A DNA stretch of 64,000 nt from positions 4,402,001 through 4,466,000 of the forward strand of contig JAYWIR010000008.1 in the NCBI GenBank assembly GCA_036172245.1, read 5' to 3'. The notes beneath the pieces are model-generated. The model had not been told where the DNA came from, made no database searches, and saw only the letters and a program-made list of their open reading frames with translations. This document shows, piece by piece, positions 1-10,949 of this stretch. Position 1 is the stretch's first letter; the number at the start of each line of letters is the position of its first letter. Both the position numbers and the translations under genes were made by a program. The DNA is from Raillietiella orientalis (taxonomy: Eukaryota).

Positions 1-169
1 TTTTTCTGGCATGCGTAACTGTGGGAGATCGTTATTTCCACCTTCCCTGGTAGTGCATGCCTGACCGCGCGCAAGATGTGGGATGCTGCTGCGGTGTGCA
101 TCCTCGCCTGCATTGCACGCGATTGCAACGGTAACCGTGTGCAGAAACACGCGACGTCGAAAACGTCAA

Positions 170-900
170 ACGGATGCACTCAGAAAAGGATTCCATTGGA
201 CATACTCGGGGATGTCGTTCGGATCTCCACTCCAGCAGAAGCGTGAGCGGAACGTTTAGGAACAAACCCTGCGCTTTCGTTCCTCCTGCGCCAGAGCTTC
301 GTACGCTCCCCTGTGGAGTGCAAAAGGCGCTGGGAGTTGTGAGGAACGGGTTGGCGCAGATCGCAGCGATGCCCGGTCAGCGCGATTCGAACGAGCTCCT
401 TCTTCACGTTCCGCGAAAAAGTAATCGAAGTGGCAAATGACTCGTCCGGCCGCCTCCAGGGAAGCGGCAGCCGTTTCTTGACGTCAGACTTCGTTTCCCG
501 CCGACGGATGGAAGGCAGAGCTCCTCCTCTTGAAATCTGAGAAAGGTGCTCGAGCAGGCGGGGGGTCGACGGCTGGAAAGCTGGAGCTCTCAGATAGAGG
601 GAGGCAATCCAACCCGGTGCTTCCGAGGGTGGCTGTGCAGGATGCATGTCGGAGGAAACCCGGGGGAGCAGCAGCAGGGCTCGGCAGATTCCTCCTCGCG
701 CTGCAGCGCACGGGAAAGGAGGTGCACGGACGGCGACGGCTAAGGGCCACCTGGCGTACAGCCGGTGTCCTTCGCGACCTCACCTCGTCCTGAAAATTCG
801 GAGCCGATCCGTCGCGCGCAACCCGCCGACATTTGGAACGCTTCCAAGAGGCTCCGGTAGCCGTGACCGACTTCTTACACAACTCCCTCACAGTTCACGT
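170..900 (-). mobile_element. Decayed LINE reverse-transcriptase fragment (APE-type clade)
   Basis: Minus-strand translation gives RT-like motifs in order across frameshifts: RQVALS (~RPIALxS), PPGFLRHASC (~QxGFR), FSDFKRRSSAFH (~FxDxxKAFD), QPVPHNS (~GVPQGS). Confidence 0.55.
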
Positions 901-1129
901 GCAAGAACGCCACGCCCGCCCCTCGGTTGCGACGCACTCGAATCAGCGCCTTCTGGAACCTCCCCTGTCCTCCTGACGCAACCCAGCCCGCTTTGCGGCC
1001 GTTCCTTCCTCTCCGCCTCTGGGCACCTTGCGGTCAGTTGTCACCTACATCCACGGTAGTTCCGAGCTTGTCGTCCCTTCCTTGGTCTTTCTGCTTTCCG
1101 CGGCTGCAGAGGCACCCACAGGTAACTCC

Positions 1130-1800
1130 TAATGGCGATGTTCCCGTGGTTGCACGGATGGTGAGCCTGACGTCAGTGCTGCCCCCGAAGAGAGCACCAG
1201 TAGGCCTTTGCTGCCCAGCAAGACGAGCGGAGATCGTGAAACCTTCAGTTCCGTCCCGACGCGGAGTGGAGCACGCGAAGCCCTCTGTGAGGGGCCTGCA
1301 GAGTCGGGAAGAATCGCGAAGGTGGCGAGCATGACGCGTGCAATCTCTTTGCGGAGCTCACGGGTCGCCCGGCTGACGGACCTCCTCGAGTTCATCCACC
1401 GGGCAGACTTCATCCTCAGGGGAGGAAGGAAGGGGGGAGGGAAATGGTGACCTTCGTCAGGCTTCCACCTTCCACTCCAATCCCGTGGCTCCCGCCCATT
1501 CAGAGCTGACCCCACTGCCGTTCGAAATTTTTGTTTCCCGTCGGCAGATGGCAGGCAGACCCCTTCCTCTTGAAAGCCTCTGGAATTCACTTCAAACCGA
1601 CGGACCGGGATGGGATGGGAAAGGACTCCGGTTCCCCCCCTCCGCGAGGCTGCTCAGGAGCAGCCACGCCCGCGTCGCTTGCGCCCCGACGCGATGTCGG
1701 AGGAAAATCCCGGGTCCCCGGAAGCCGAAGGACCCGTTCTCACGCGCAAGGCCGGACAGACTCTGGACAACCGCCTAAGGACCGGCCGAAGGCCGCCCGC
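1130..1800 (-). mobile_element. Second decayed RT fragment, same family as 170-900
   Basis: Collinear nucleotide similarity at ~1040 bp offset: gtttcccgccgacggatggaaggcaga (494) vs gtttcccgtcggcagatggcaggcaga (1533), and atgtcggaggaaa (646 vs 1694). Confidence 0.5.
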
Positions 1801-2793
1801 CTTCATCTCGCTTCGACGTAACTCCCATCGCTGGTGCCAGAAGAGGATGAACCCGCTCTACTCGACCCCACGGATGGACAGTCGCGTTGTGCCCTGTTCT
1901 TCTTGACGCCCGTTCCCTCCGTGGACTCCAAATCGGCGCATGACCTCTGACTGGCGCGCCCTCTTAGCGACGGCTGCAGTTGCTGGCGCCCGATTGCACC
2001 GCGCGCGATTCGGCGAATCGGTAGTCCACGGGAGCGACTGTGCGGCCTGCCCGGGGACCCGAACGGGGGAGCCCGCTTAGTCTATAGCCTCCTCCCTCCG
2101 TCGCCCACGAAGCGGCGGCGGTCCACGCGCGTCTCCGTCCGGCAGCCGCGGGCGGCGCCGCGAGAGGGAGCAGACGCTCGGCTCGCGGGGTCGTGAACCT
2201 CGTCCGCCTCGGCGCCGCTCCTGGCCCGGGGTGGCGAGGGCGCCTGGCCCTCTGCCAACGGGCGTGCGGAGACGCCTCTGGCTTTGGAGACGGCAGTGCC
2301 CGCCCATGGGGGCTACCGCAAGTTGCGGCAGAGGCCGGACGGAGGGCAGGTCGCTCTCCGGTGTTGGTCTTGAGCGTCACTTCGTGCGCCTGCGGTCTCC
2401 CACGAAGTATCGGCGGTCCGCAGCGTGGCTCCGTCCGGCAGCCGGGGGCGTCGCCGCGAGGGAGAGCAGGCGCGCCGCCGGTGTCCATCTCGGCGCGCGT
2501 GTGTCGGCCGTGCGTTCGCGTGTGCTCCGGGCCAGGCAGCTCCAGCAGTAGGGAGGGGCTACGGGGCCGCGAAACCCGGAGGGGCAGCCTTTCTCAGGGG
2601 AGAGGGCGTTTTTCCGGGAGGCCTGGAGGATAGCGACAGAGAGCGACGGCTGAGCCGTTCGGTACAGCAGCTGCCGTTGCCGCCTTCGCCTCGCAGACCT
2701 CCTCCTCTCGGGAGGCCGTGCTGGATAGCATACTGGGCTTCAAAAGTAGCGGCTTCTATGAGGCTCGTGGACCAGGACATTGTCCGACAGACG

Positions 2794-2837
2794 TGGTCTG
2801 AAAGAAGGAAGGCCGTGGCCTTCCTTCTTTCAGACCA
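2794..2837. repeat. Perfect hairpin, 21-bp arms, 2-nt loop
   Basis: tggtctgaaagaaggaaggcc-gt-ggccttccttctttcagacca; arms are exact reverse complements. Confidence 0.95.
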
Positions 2838-3229
2838 AGCTTGCATGTTCACGGCCTTATTAGAACTGTTCCTTCGGATGTTTCGTTGCACTCGGGCAAC
2901 TGCTACGCTTGCATGGAGCAACGCCCCTTCCGATTCATCTCATCTGGCAGAGTGAGTGCTCTTGCGGTTTCAAGAAGGAGATGCGCCGTAGCTTCTCGCT
3001 GGGCACGTGGCGCCATCTGTTAGCGCGGAAAGGAAAGTTTTTCCTTTTCCTTGGCTTCCGGAAGAGGAAACTTTCCTGAGTCACAAATCTTTGGGCACGC
3101 ACCGCCCTCGTTCGGAGAGCACGCAAGGGGATTATCGAAGGCATTTCCGCGTTTATGGGCCTGAAGCTCCAAGAAGTGCGTGTCACCTGCGGGCTTCGAA
3201 ACTCCTGAGTCATTCCTGAGTTTCCCTTT

Positions 3230-3850
3230 TGACTCCCGTTACTCCAGAAAGCTTCCCTTATTCCCCATTCGTCATGGGTACAGAAGTTCGCTTCCTACCG
3301 AATCTCTCCTGGCAGCATTCTGGCCGCTTCACTTCCGCTCCTTCAAAACGAGGAGGGAGAGCATGGTTCAGCAAGATCAAAAAAGAAAGGTTTTCTGAGG
3401 AGGATCCTCGATGCTTCCCTGACGAGTTCGCGCACGCTGCAAGGGGGGTTCCATTTTAGCTTTTTGTAGCAGAGGGAACCATTTCCTTTTTTCTGGTATC
3501 GAGAGATTCCCTAGGTGCAGTGGCTTCTCCCTTCTTATCCCCTGGTTGCAGCAGCTGATTCCGCGTCTCCGCGACCTGGCCCGCGCTGCACTGGGGAAGC
3601 CGTTCGGGAGGAAGGAGGAAGGAGAGGGGGAACTTTCTCGACAAGCTCCCTGGTGTCCCACGGAGGGATGCCGAGAGCTCCTGGACGGGGCGCACCCACC
3701 TAGAGCACCCCAACCCAGAAGGGGGTGAGGCAACACGGTCCAGAGCGTTCTGGAAGGATGCCTCGGTATATCTTTGTCACCTGGTTGTACCACAGAATTT
3801 ATTCATCAAAGAGAAGAGTCAGTGGGACGGGATGTCCCATCAAGTCAGGC
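3230..3850 (-). mobile_element. Decayed LINE RT C-terminal fragment (I/Loa-like)
   Basis: Minus-strand motifs FQNALDRV, CAPSRS (~GLxCAPxKS), HLG..LD..RKWFPLL (~YLGxxxD..W). Confidence 0.5.
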
Positions 3851-3989
3851 AGTCCGGAGGAGGCGGCACAGTACAGGGCCCACAGCACTCATGGAGAAGA
3901 ACAGGGCAGGGTGAGGGGCAGGAAATAAAAAAATAAAAAAATCCACTGTTTTGAATTAAAAAAATTATGGAGGTCAGGGGTAGGGATCA

Positions 3990-4600
3990 CAGTTTACGAC
4001 GCTGGGGTACTTCTGCATCCTTTGCAGCATGTCGGCGAGCTCCTCTTGATGGCTTCCCGGGTAGGACCGCCTCGAGGCTTCCCACAGGGACCAGATGGAG
4101 AATAGGGTGGCTCCCCTGTGGTTTCAGCCGCTTTCAGGCTCGCTCCTTGCCGCGAAGACCCGCGCAGGCGGCAGCAGAGCTCTGCGATTGCGGTTGCGGG
4201 AGACATGGCATCCCACACGAAGACGAACTTCTCGGGGTCGTCCGCCGGGATAAGAAGGGACGCGGACAAACGTCCACCAAAGGTCCGGAGGGCAACTCGG
4301 TGCACAAGCAGATAGGGAAGGAGGGAAAAGGGGAGTTTTCTCCTTCACGCACCCAGCAGGTTCGGGGCAACCCTCCTCCTCTCTCTCCGTGGTGGAGGCA
4401 CGCATTGCAAGGGGATGTCCCCAACGCAGCACCAGCAGCCCGTTGAATGCTGCGCCTTGAAAGGGGGAGGGATGAGCGACATCACCGGTGCACCTCCAGA
4501 ATGTCTCTTGGGATTTTGAAGAGCTCACCCCAGCAAAGGAGTACATTGGGAGGAGTCGTAGGTGCTGCAGTCGTAGCTTCTTAAGACAACGATGTGTGCT
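3990..4600 (-). mobile_element. 3' fragment of the RLE-type family (extra C-terminal module)
   Basis: LPYLLVHRVALRTF..RLSASLLIP and ELCCRL match ESLPHLFVDCVAL / LCCLRGI of the copies at ~10.1 kb and ~11.2 kb. Confidence 0.55.
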
Positions 4601-4899
4601 GGTGAGAGCTGATGCTCAGTCCAGCCACCAGGTGGTTTCCTGCGACCCGAGACCTCCCACTTCGCCAGTAGGCAAGCGTCGTGTACCTCGTAAATGAAGA
4701 GCGCTGCTGCGGCGAAGGAGGTGGCTGTCGGGTGGGTCAACGTGGTCAGCTCGCTACCCTCCTCCTACTCTGTTCTTCCTTCGTTGCTCAGGAATTCTCC
4801 GGGTGAACTTCTGACGTGGCTTCAGTGATTTCGGTCCACGTCCCTCACCTCCTCCTGTTGCCACGGAGAAACCTGAGTGTTCGCTGGGCGGCAGGAGAA

Positions 4900-5140
4900 A
4901 TCCACGGGTGTTCGCCGCTCAAGACGGCCATTGCCTCAGCGGGAAGCCGTAGGCGGTCGTGCTCCGTGGAAAGCGGCGCGAAACGCAGTGTCATGCTGTA
5001 GAGTGCTCATGAAGAGGAATAGATGGCGTCCCCATCGTTGTGGCATCTTCTTGCGTTGCTTCATGCAGCCACGATCCCGCGTAGGCAGCAAAGCGCTGAG
5101 GGAATGCGGCCGGCGTGAGGACGTCACGCAGGAAGAGGCT
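4900..5140 (-). mobile_element. Additional short 3' fragment of the RLE-type family
   Basis: Minus strand ctttgctgcctacgcgggatcgtggctgc is nearly identical to plus strand ctttgctgcctacgtgggattgtggcggc at ~10195 (LCCLRGIVAA). Confidence 0.45.
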
Positions 5141-8100
5141 CTTCAACCGAGAGATCTGCTTGCGACTTCTTCCGGAAGATGAGGCCACCTTGCTGCTGTC
5201 CTTACGAGGGCTTCTGTCGTGCTGGTGGCCTCTCTCCCTCGCGAACCTGACTCCAGCACGTGGCAGGGGTGGCCACTATGGCGCGGATGCAACAGATGGT
5301 CGCAATCCCGGCTCCCTTCTCCAGTCCGCCTCTGTTGAAGCAGGTTCGTGGCAGTGTCCTGGAGTTGACAGAGGACCGAAGCGAGTCTCCGCCACAAGTC
5401 CTGCAGGGCAATGCAGTCTAACAAGAGGTGCGACGGCGATACCATCGCCCCGCGTCTTGAACAGTTCGGGGAGGCAGCTCCCCCCGAAAACCAGGCTCCT
5501 GTTCTGGCTGCGCTGAAATCCTCAGTGCGGAAACGGCAGGACATCCCTGAGCTTCCACTGGAGCGGGAAAATGTGCGCTGGCTGGCAGCGGCTCATATTT
5601 TCATCCCGCGATGAGCTCTGCTCCGAATGGGCGTGACTTTTGAGGGCAGGACGGAGCTCCTTGCAAGAAGCGACCATCCGCGAATCGAACTTCAACCACC
5701 TTCAAAGAGAAAGCCGTCTGGAGGAACGGTGCTGAGCGACGCAGGACGTGTCCCTGCATCGATCAGGATGCTTTCCCATCAGGGGAACCCAAGCATCATC
5801 GCGGTTGATGTCCCGCGAGTTTTCTCCGCGTGAGCTCGTCGGAAGTCGGGTGAACCGACGGAATTCACCGGAGATCCTGGCCGCCTTCGGTCGGCCGAAG
5901 GCCTCCTCCCTTCCCCCCGTCCGCACACTCCTCACGCCACCTCCGGGGCGGAGCTGCTGCGAGCGATCCCGAAATCAGTGTCTCCGCATCGCCGCCTACA
6001 AGTGATGCTCGGAGTTTTCCTTCTTTTCTTTTTGCTGCCATTTCCAGAGTGCTTTCGGCTAAGCTCTTCCCTGCTGGGTCGGGAGGTGTCGATCGCCTGA
6101 GAGGGCTGTCAGCAAAAAAATTGGTCGGCTTTCACTGGCAGGCTGGCGAGGCCAAGGCGACGTCTCTCCAGTGGGCGCGTAGGCAACCATCCGGTGCTGG
6201 TGATAGGGCCGAAAGTCACAATCCTGAACGTCGAGATCCCGAAAGGTCAAAATCCCGAATGTCCGAAACGTCCGGAAATCGAAATGCCCGAATCGAAGTC
6301 CCGTGATTCCTCGTGTGCTGAGAAAGTTTTATTCCTTGCGTGTTGGAAATGACGGCGCAGCGAATTATAAAGAAATGATACTGACAATTTATAACGGCGA
6401 GGGGGGGGGGAATTAAAGAGCAAAAAACAAGGAAAACAAAAAAGAAAATTCGGCGGCACATGAAAAAGCGTACGAAAGGAGCTGCGCAGAGGTGGCCCGT
6501 AAGAGGTGGCCGACTTTCACAATCGCACACTCTATTTTGAAGTCGTGCACCGCGGTGACCATCCGACGTCACAATCCCGAAAACCGCCATTCTCACTGGG
6601 AGCGGGAAAAAAGGGGGAAAAAGGGCCTTCGAAGAGGGAAGCAAAGCCGAATTGGCGATCGGTGGGTGCTCCGGTTGCTTATAGAGACTGAGGGTCTTTG
6701 CTATTTTTCCTTTTTGAAGCGCTGCCCGGGGGTGCGCACGAGCGCGGAAGGTCGAATCCCTCGCACATCCGTTCCCTGGTGCCTGCACGCGCCCTTCTCG
6801 GCAAAGAAAGGGAGAGCACCACTCGGGACAGGAAGTACTGCGTCGGACCGGCACTTCCCATGCGCCCCACCTCGGGAGTGACGCATGCGTACAACTCTGT
6901 GGGAGGTGTTCGCGGTTTCCCGCAGGAAGGATGCGGCAGGTTAGGTGTACGAGGCTGCTTGGTGGTGAAAGAGGAATTTTTTTTTTTCTTTTTCTTTTAC
7001 CGCCTTTGGTAATTCACCGTGCCGTGCATTTCGTCTCCCTATCATTTTCAACACTCAATAAATGAAACTTCCTAGACAAATGATGGATTATATTCGGGAG
7101 ATTAATAATCTTTCGGGATTTCAGTCATTCGGGATTAGGAACCAAATCCGTACTCGTTGGCTTCCCTTCCAGGAAAAATGAAGCACTGCTTCTTGATCTG
7201 CTTCCTGATGTTGGCATGGAAGAAAACCCAATTTGCCTCTCTGAGAATTCCAAGCCCCGGATAATGTATCCGACTCTAAAGTAGAAGGTTCCCGTGACGT
7301 CCATTTTTTCGCCATGGAAACAGTGCAGAATCGAGGATGCTAACTGGTTTGAGCTGCAGCTGGTGCTTGGGGGACTCTGCCAGGAGTGTCCCCGAGCCAG
7401 CCGGCTTTCCCAAGTACTTTTATTCAGGGTGCATTTGCAAGGAAGGGACATCCTCCTCATTTATCGGAAAAATGGCGGTCTTAGCCCCACATGGTTGCGC
7501 AGTTTCAACGTGCAATGGAGAACACTTGTGCGGTCCATTGAGAGCCCAGCCTCTGTGCACAATGCTTCAAGCATCTTGAGCTCGAGCAATCTTCGAGTTC
7601 GGAGAAGAGCGCTAAGTCACCCGCATGGGCCAAGGCGCAATTTCTTCCGAAAGATTCCGCCAGTTTCCTCAAGATCAATGCCAACAGTGGAAAGTGGGGG
7701 GCTCATTGGAATGCGACCCTGCTTCACTCCCCTCCACTGGTGGATATTCCTCGTGGATGCAGATCCCGCCTGAATTCGAGCTCCTGCTCCGGAATAAACG
7801 TTCCCCCGTTCGCAGGCAGTCGCCAACAGGTCGGGTGGAAGGAGTTGTCTCCCGTTCCATAGCAACAGTGACGATCCTTCCTAAGCTTGCTGTCCATGGA
7901 CCAGTTGGCTGATCTGCGGCGACCCCTGGTGCCCACACAAAAGGATCTTTTCACCGAGAGGAACAGGAAATTCCACCCTCGGTGCACGCCATCCCCACTT
8001 ATTTATGGACAGATCCGTGCTCCCTCACAAATGACTGCACGCCGCCTTGCTCTTCCCTGATTGGGAGGTCCCGCGCACTCGACATCGGCATTGCCGAAAG

Positions 8101-9300
8101 AGGAAGGAGCGTGTCCTCTCCGAAGATGAGGGGATCTGGAAACGATCCCTCGAAGCTTCTGGACTGCGGTGCCCTCCGCTGTGCTTGGAAACACCTTGTG
8201 TGTGTCCTGAATCGCCCAGAGGGCACTCCCGAAGAGTTTCTGCAGGGCTTTCACCTACTGCCTCGAGCACCATCCTGTATTGCCGTTCAGAAGGATCGTA
8301 GCTTCCCGGCTCGCTCAGGTGACGCGTCAGGAAGGACCGAAGGGCATGTGCCTCGCTTCCTTAGTGACGAGGAATATGACCTTTCCTGAAACAACGAGTG
8401 AAGGAGGAGGACTCCTGCTTCGCACGCAGGCCGCAGAGGTCAACCCTTCCCTTCCTTCCCTTATTTATTGTCCTCCCCCTCAACCCTTCGTGTCCTCTGT
8501 AGACGATCTGGTGGCTCGGTGGCTCATTCCCGCATCTTGAACGGGGAGATCTTCGTAAGACTGATGTCCCTATTGTGTTTCTTCCCCGTTTAAAAGTGAA
8601 ATGTCCCGGCGTTACCGGCGCAAGCGTCGGTTGCACGGGAAGTTCCAATGCAAGAAGAAGTCTTCAGGCAGTGAGTTTCCTGGAAGCTCTGCAACTGTGG
8701 GGAGGATCGAGCGCTCTCGTCTCCGGGTTGCTCCCGCGTGCCCAAATTCCCAGCTGGGGTGACATGCTTGCCCTGCTGCGTGGGGCGCAGCAGAGCTCCC
8801 GCGTTGGTGGACGGCATATTGGGTTGGTGCAACCTCACTAGGTCCACCCTGGGGGAGGCGTGAACTCTCGAGTGTGAGCGTGGGATGTGGGGAAGGAGCA
8901 CCGCAACGACCTCCTCCCCTACGAAACGTGATGGCGAAGCGGTTGGAGAAGTGTGAGGGAAGAGGAGGAGCTGTGGAACTGGCGACCACGCCGGGAGTGA
9001 TCCCAAATAAGGCGCCTGCGTCCCTCACGCGGCGATGACCGCGTCCTTGCTTCCCAGAAGGCTCCGCTCGGCAGGGACAAGAAGCACCGACCACACCCAA
9101 TCCGAAACTGGGGTCGTGCAGAGCAAGCCTTGTAAGAAGGACGTCGGACCTGTCCTGGTCAAGTCCTCCCTAGAGCACGCCTCGAGCGTGCTGCTGCACA
9201 GAGCCGCTAGCGTGGGGAAGTCCCATTGCAATTTCTTGCTAACGGCCAACGGGCAGCTTCGAGTCGCGCAAGCGGGGGGGGGGGGCGAGAGCACGGCGGC
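5140..9300 (-). mobile_element. Near full-length decayed RLE-type (R2/NeSL/Utopia-like) non-LTR retrotransposon, interrupted at 6191-7150
   Basis: Read 5'->3' on minus: C2H2-like remnants (CPLAVSKK..FPTLAAL..QHARG ~9240; SCPC...GKQGRGH ~9070); RT GVKQG.PMSP (~7720), LAHAGDLALFS (~YADD, ~7620), GLSM..HKCSPLH, KYLGKPAG (~7410); KHPDRC..QHR (~5770); RLE-like KYEPL (~5590); second CCHC PNCSRRG..SPSHLLLDC..LW (~5440); CCIRAI; WPH. Confidence 0.75.
6191..7150. mobile_element. Non-autonomous DNA transposon/MITE-like insertion with subterminal (A)ATCCCGAA repeats
   Basis: Left end has repeated atcccgaa/ccgaa units (6210-6305). Right end has the inverse ttcggga(t) units (7093-7140) ending in accaaatccg. 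Parts are more AT-rich than the flanks. It splits the RLE element. No TSD identified. Confidence 0.6.
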
Positions 9301-9379
9301 GGTTCTTCGCCAGTCGAGCCTGCTGCTCGCTCGCCGGTCGAGGAGATCGGAATTTGCGACGTGAGCAAAGCTGAAAGTG

Positions 9380-10397
9380 GGGTGCAGAAACGGAAAATGG
9401 GAGGAGTGATGCGAACGCTGCTCGGCAGCTTTCCCAACAGAAAGCTCCGTGGCAACCACAGAACACGGAGTTATCGCCGGAAGCGTTGTGACTGGGACCT
9501 CCGAGATTTTCCAGCGCACCACCTATCAAGGATACAAGGAGCAATGGAATCAGTGTGATCACGGCTCGAGCAGCCTGTCCTCAACCCTCTCGCCATCGGG
9601 AACACCCTATGGTGACCCGACCCTCCTCCAGAGATCCAAGGCAGCTGCCCCCTGGTGTTCGGAGGGACCCTGCGCGGCTCGTGGCTCCACTTCTGTACGG
9701 GGGACTTCATTGAAGGACGACGCCCATCACGCAGGGGCAATGGGGGTATCTTTCACCTCCAAGCCTGCCGACGTGCACAATTACAGGCAGAAAGAAACAA
9801 ACATCTGGATGGGTGGACAGCTCGTGAGATGGTGGACGTAGCCACTCCGAGTGTTCCATCAAAAGGACTGCTACACTGGGGATTCTTCCGGAGGAGGAGA
9901 AGGGGTCCCAGACAATGCTACCCCTTCCCCCCTCCCCCAAAGTGGCAGGAGTCGGCAATCCTGCATTGGGACCTCCCGTGCGACTCCCGCCGGCATCATT
10001 GGACCCGGGGGAGTGCAATCCCGAACTGCAGCAGGTGCGGTGAAAGAGTCCCTCCCGCACCTGTTCGTGGATTGTGTTGCCCTGCTTTCCCTATAGGAAT
10101 GCTTTTCCGCGTCCCTGCGGATCCCTGAGGCAACCCCAGGGACGTGACGAAGCGCCTCTTCGTGCCCCTTTCGCCTGCCTCATCCCTAGCAACCCTTTGC
10201 TGCCTACGTGGGATTGTGGCGGCCTGGAGCTACGCGAGAGGAGGACGGCGCGATAGGGACTCCATCTGCTCCGAGGCGGACCTCACCGGCCTGCGTGACG
10301 GTTACTCGGCAGGTTCCGAACATTTTCGGGCGATGTAGGACCGGTGGCCCTACACATGTTTGTTTTTGATAATAAAAGTCCCGGCGTGACCGGATGA
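9380..10397 (+). mobile_element. 3' half of RLE-type family element
   Basis: VIAGSV..(RLE C-terminal motif, ~9480); KWQESAILHWDLPCDSRRHHW..PNCSRCG..ESLPHLFVDCVAL (~9940-10085); LCCLRGIVAAW; AATAAA at 10371-10376. Confidence 0.7.
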
Positions 10398-10469
10398 TAA
10401 ACCAAGGAGCTCACTTCACCGTAGGAGTCCCTTTGTCCAGAACCGAGGAGTGGCGGCGTTCACTAACTA

Positions 10470-10900
10470 GCTTGCACTCCTGCCGAAGTACAGGAGTTTT
10501 CCGACTCTTGCAATGCTGCAGGAGAAGTCCCACCTCGCCAGCTGGCTGCTGTCATTTCTTTCCCTGGAGGTAGACAACGCTGCATCAAGGGGTGAGATGG
10601 GATGAGCCTGTACCATTGCGTCCAATACTGCAGGATGTCCCACAGAGGTTTGCGTAGGAGACCCTACAGCGGTCGGAGTTCCCCTGGACGCACTTCCAAA
10701 GTGGCAGTCCAGCACTCCAGAGTGCAGGAAGACAGGAGACTTCGGACAGGAAATCCGTGGCAGCATCCGACGCTTGCGGGAGTACGTGATGGAACCACAG
10801 GTCGAACCTCCGAGTTGGAGCCACGAAGGAGAGAGGCCGCTATCTGCGGACTTCTTCGGCTTCGAGGCTGCGGAAGGAAACTGGTCACACCCTGAGAAGA
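10470..10900 (+). mobile_element. 5' (zinc-finger) fragment of RLE-type family
   Basis: KYRSFPTLAML resembles FPTLAAL at ~9210 (minus); followed by LYHCVQYCRMSH, a C2H2-like remnant. Confidence 0.4.
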
Positions 10901-10949
10901 GTTGAGTCACTTCCTGTAAGGCAGCGTTCTGCCTCTCCTTTGGCACCCA

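Noticed and set aside
6200..6310. CRISPR-like array
   Set aside because: Short degenerate units without unique spacers or cas genes; these are subterminal repeats of a eukaryotic transposon.
10377..10460. Hammerhead or HDV ribozyme at the element junction
   Set aside because: The core CTGATGA/GAAA is absent (ccggatga instead) and no HDV fold could be established by eye.
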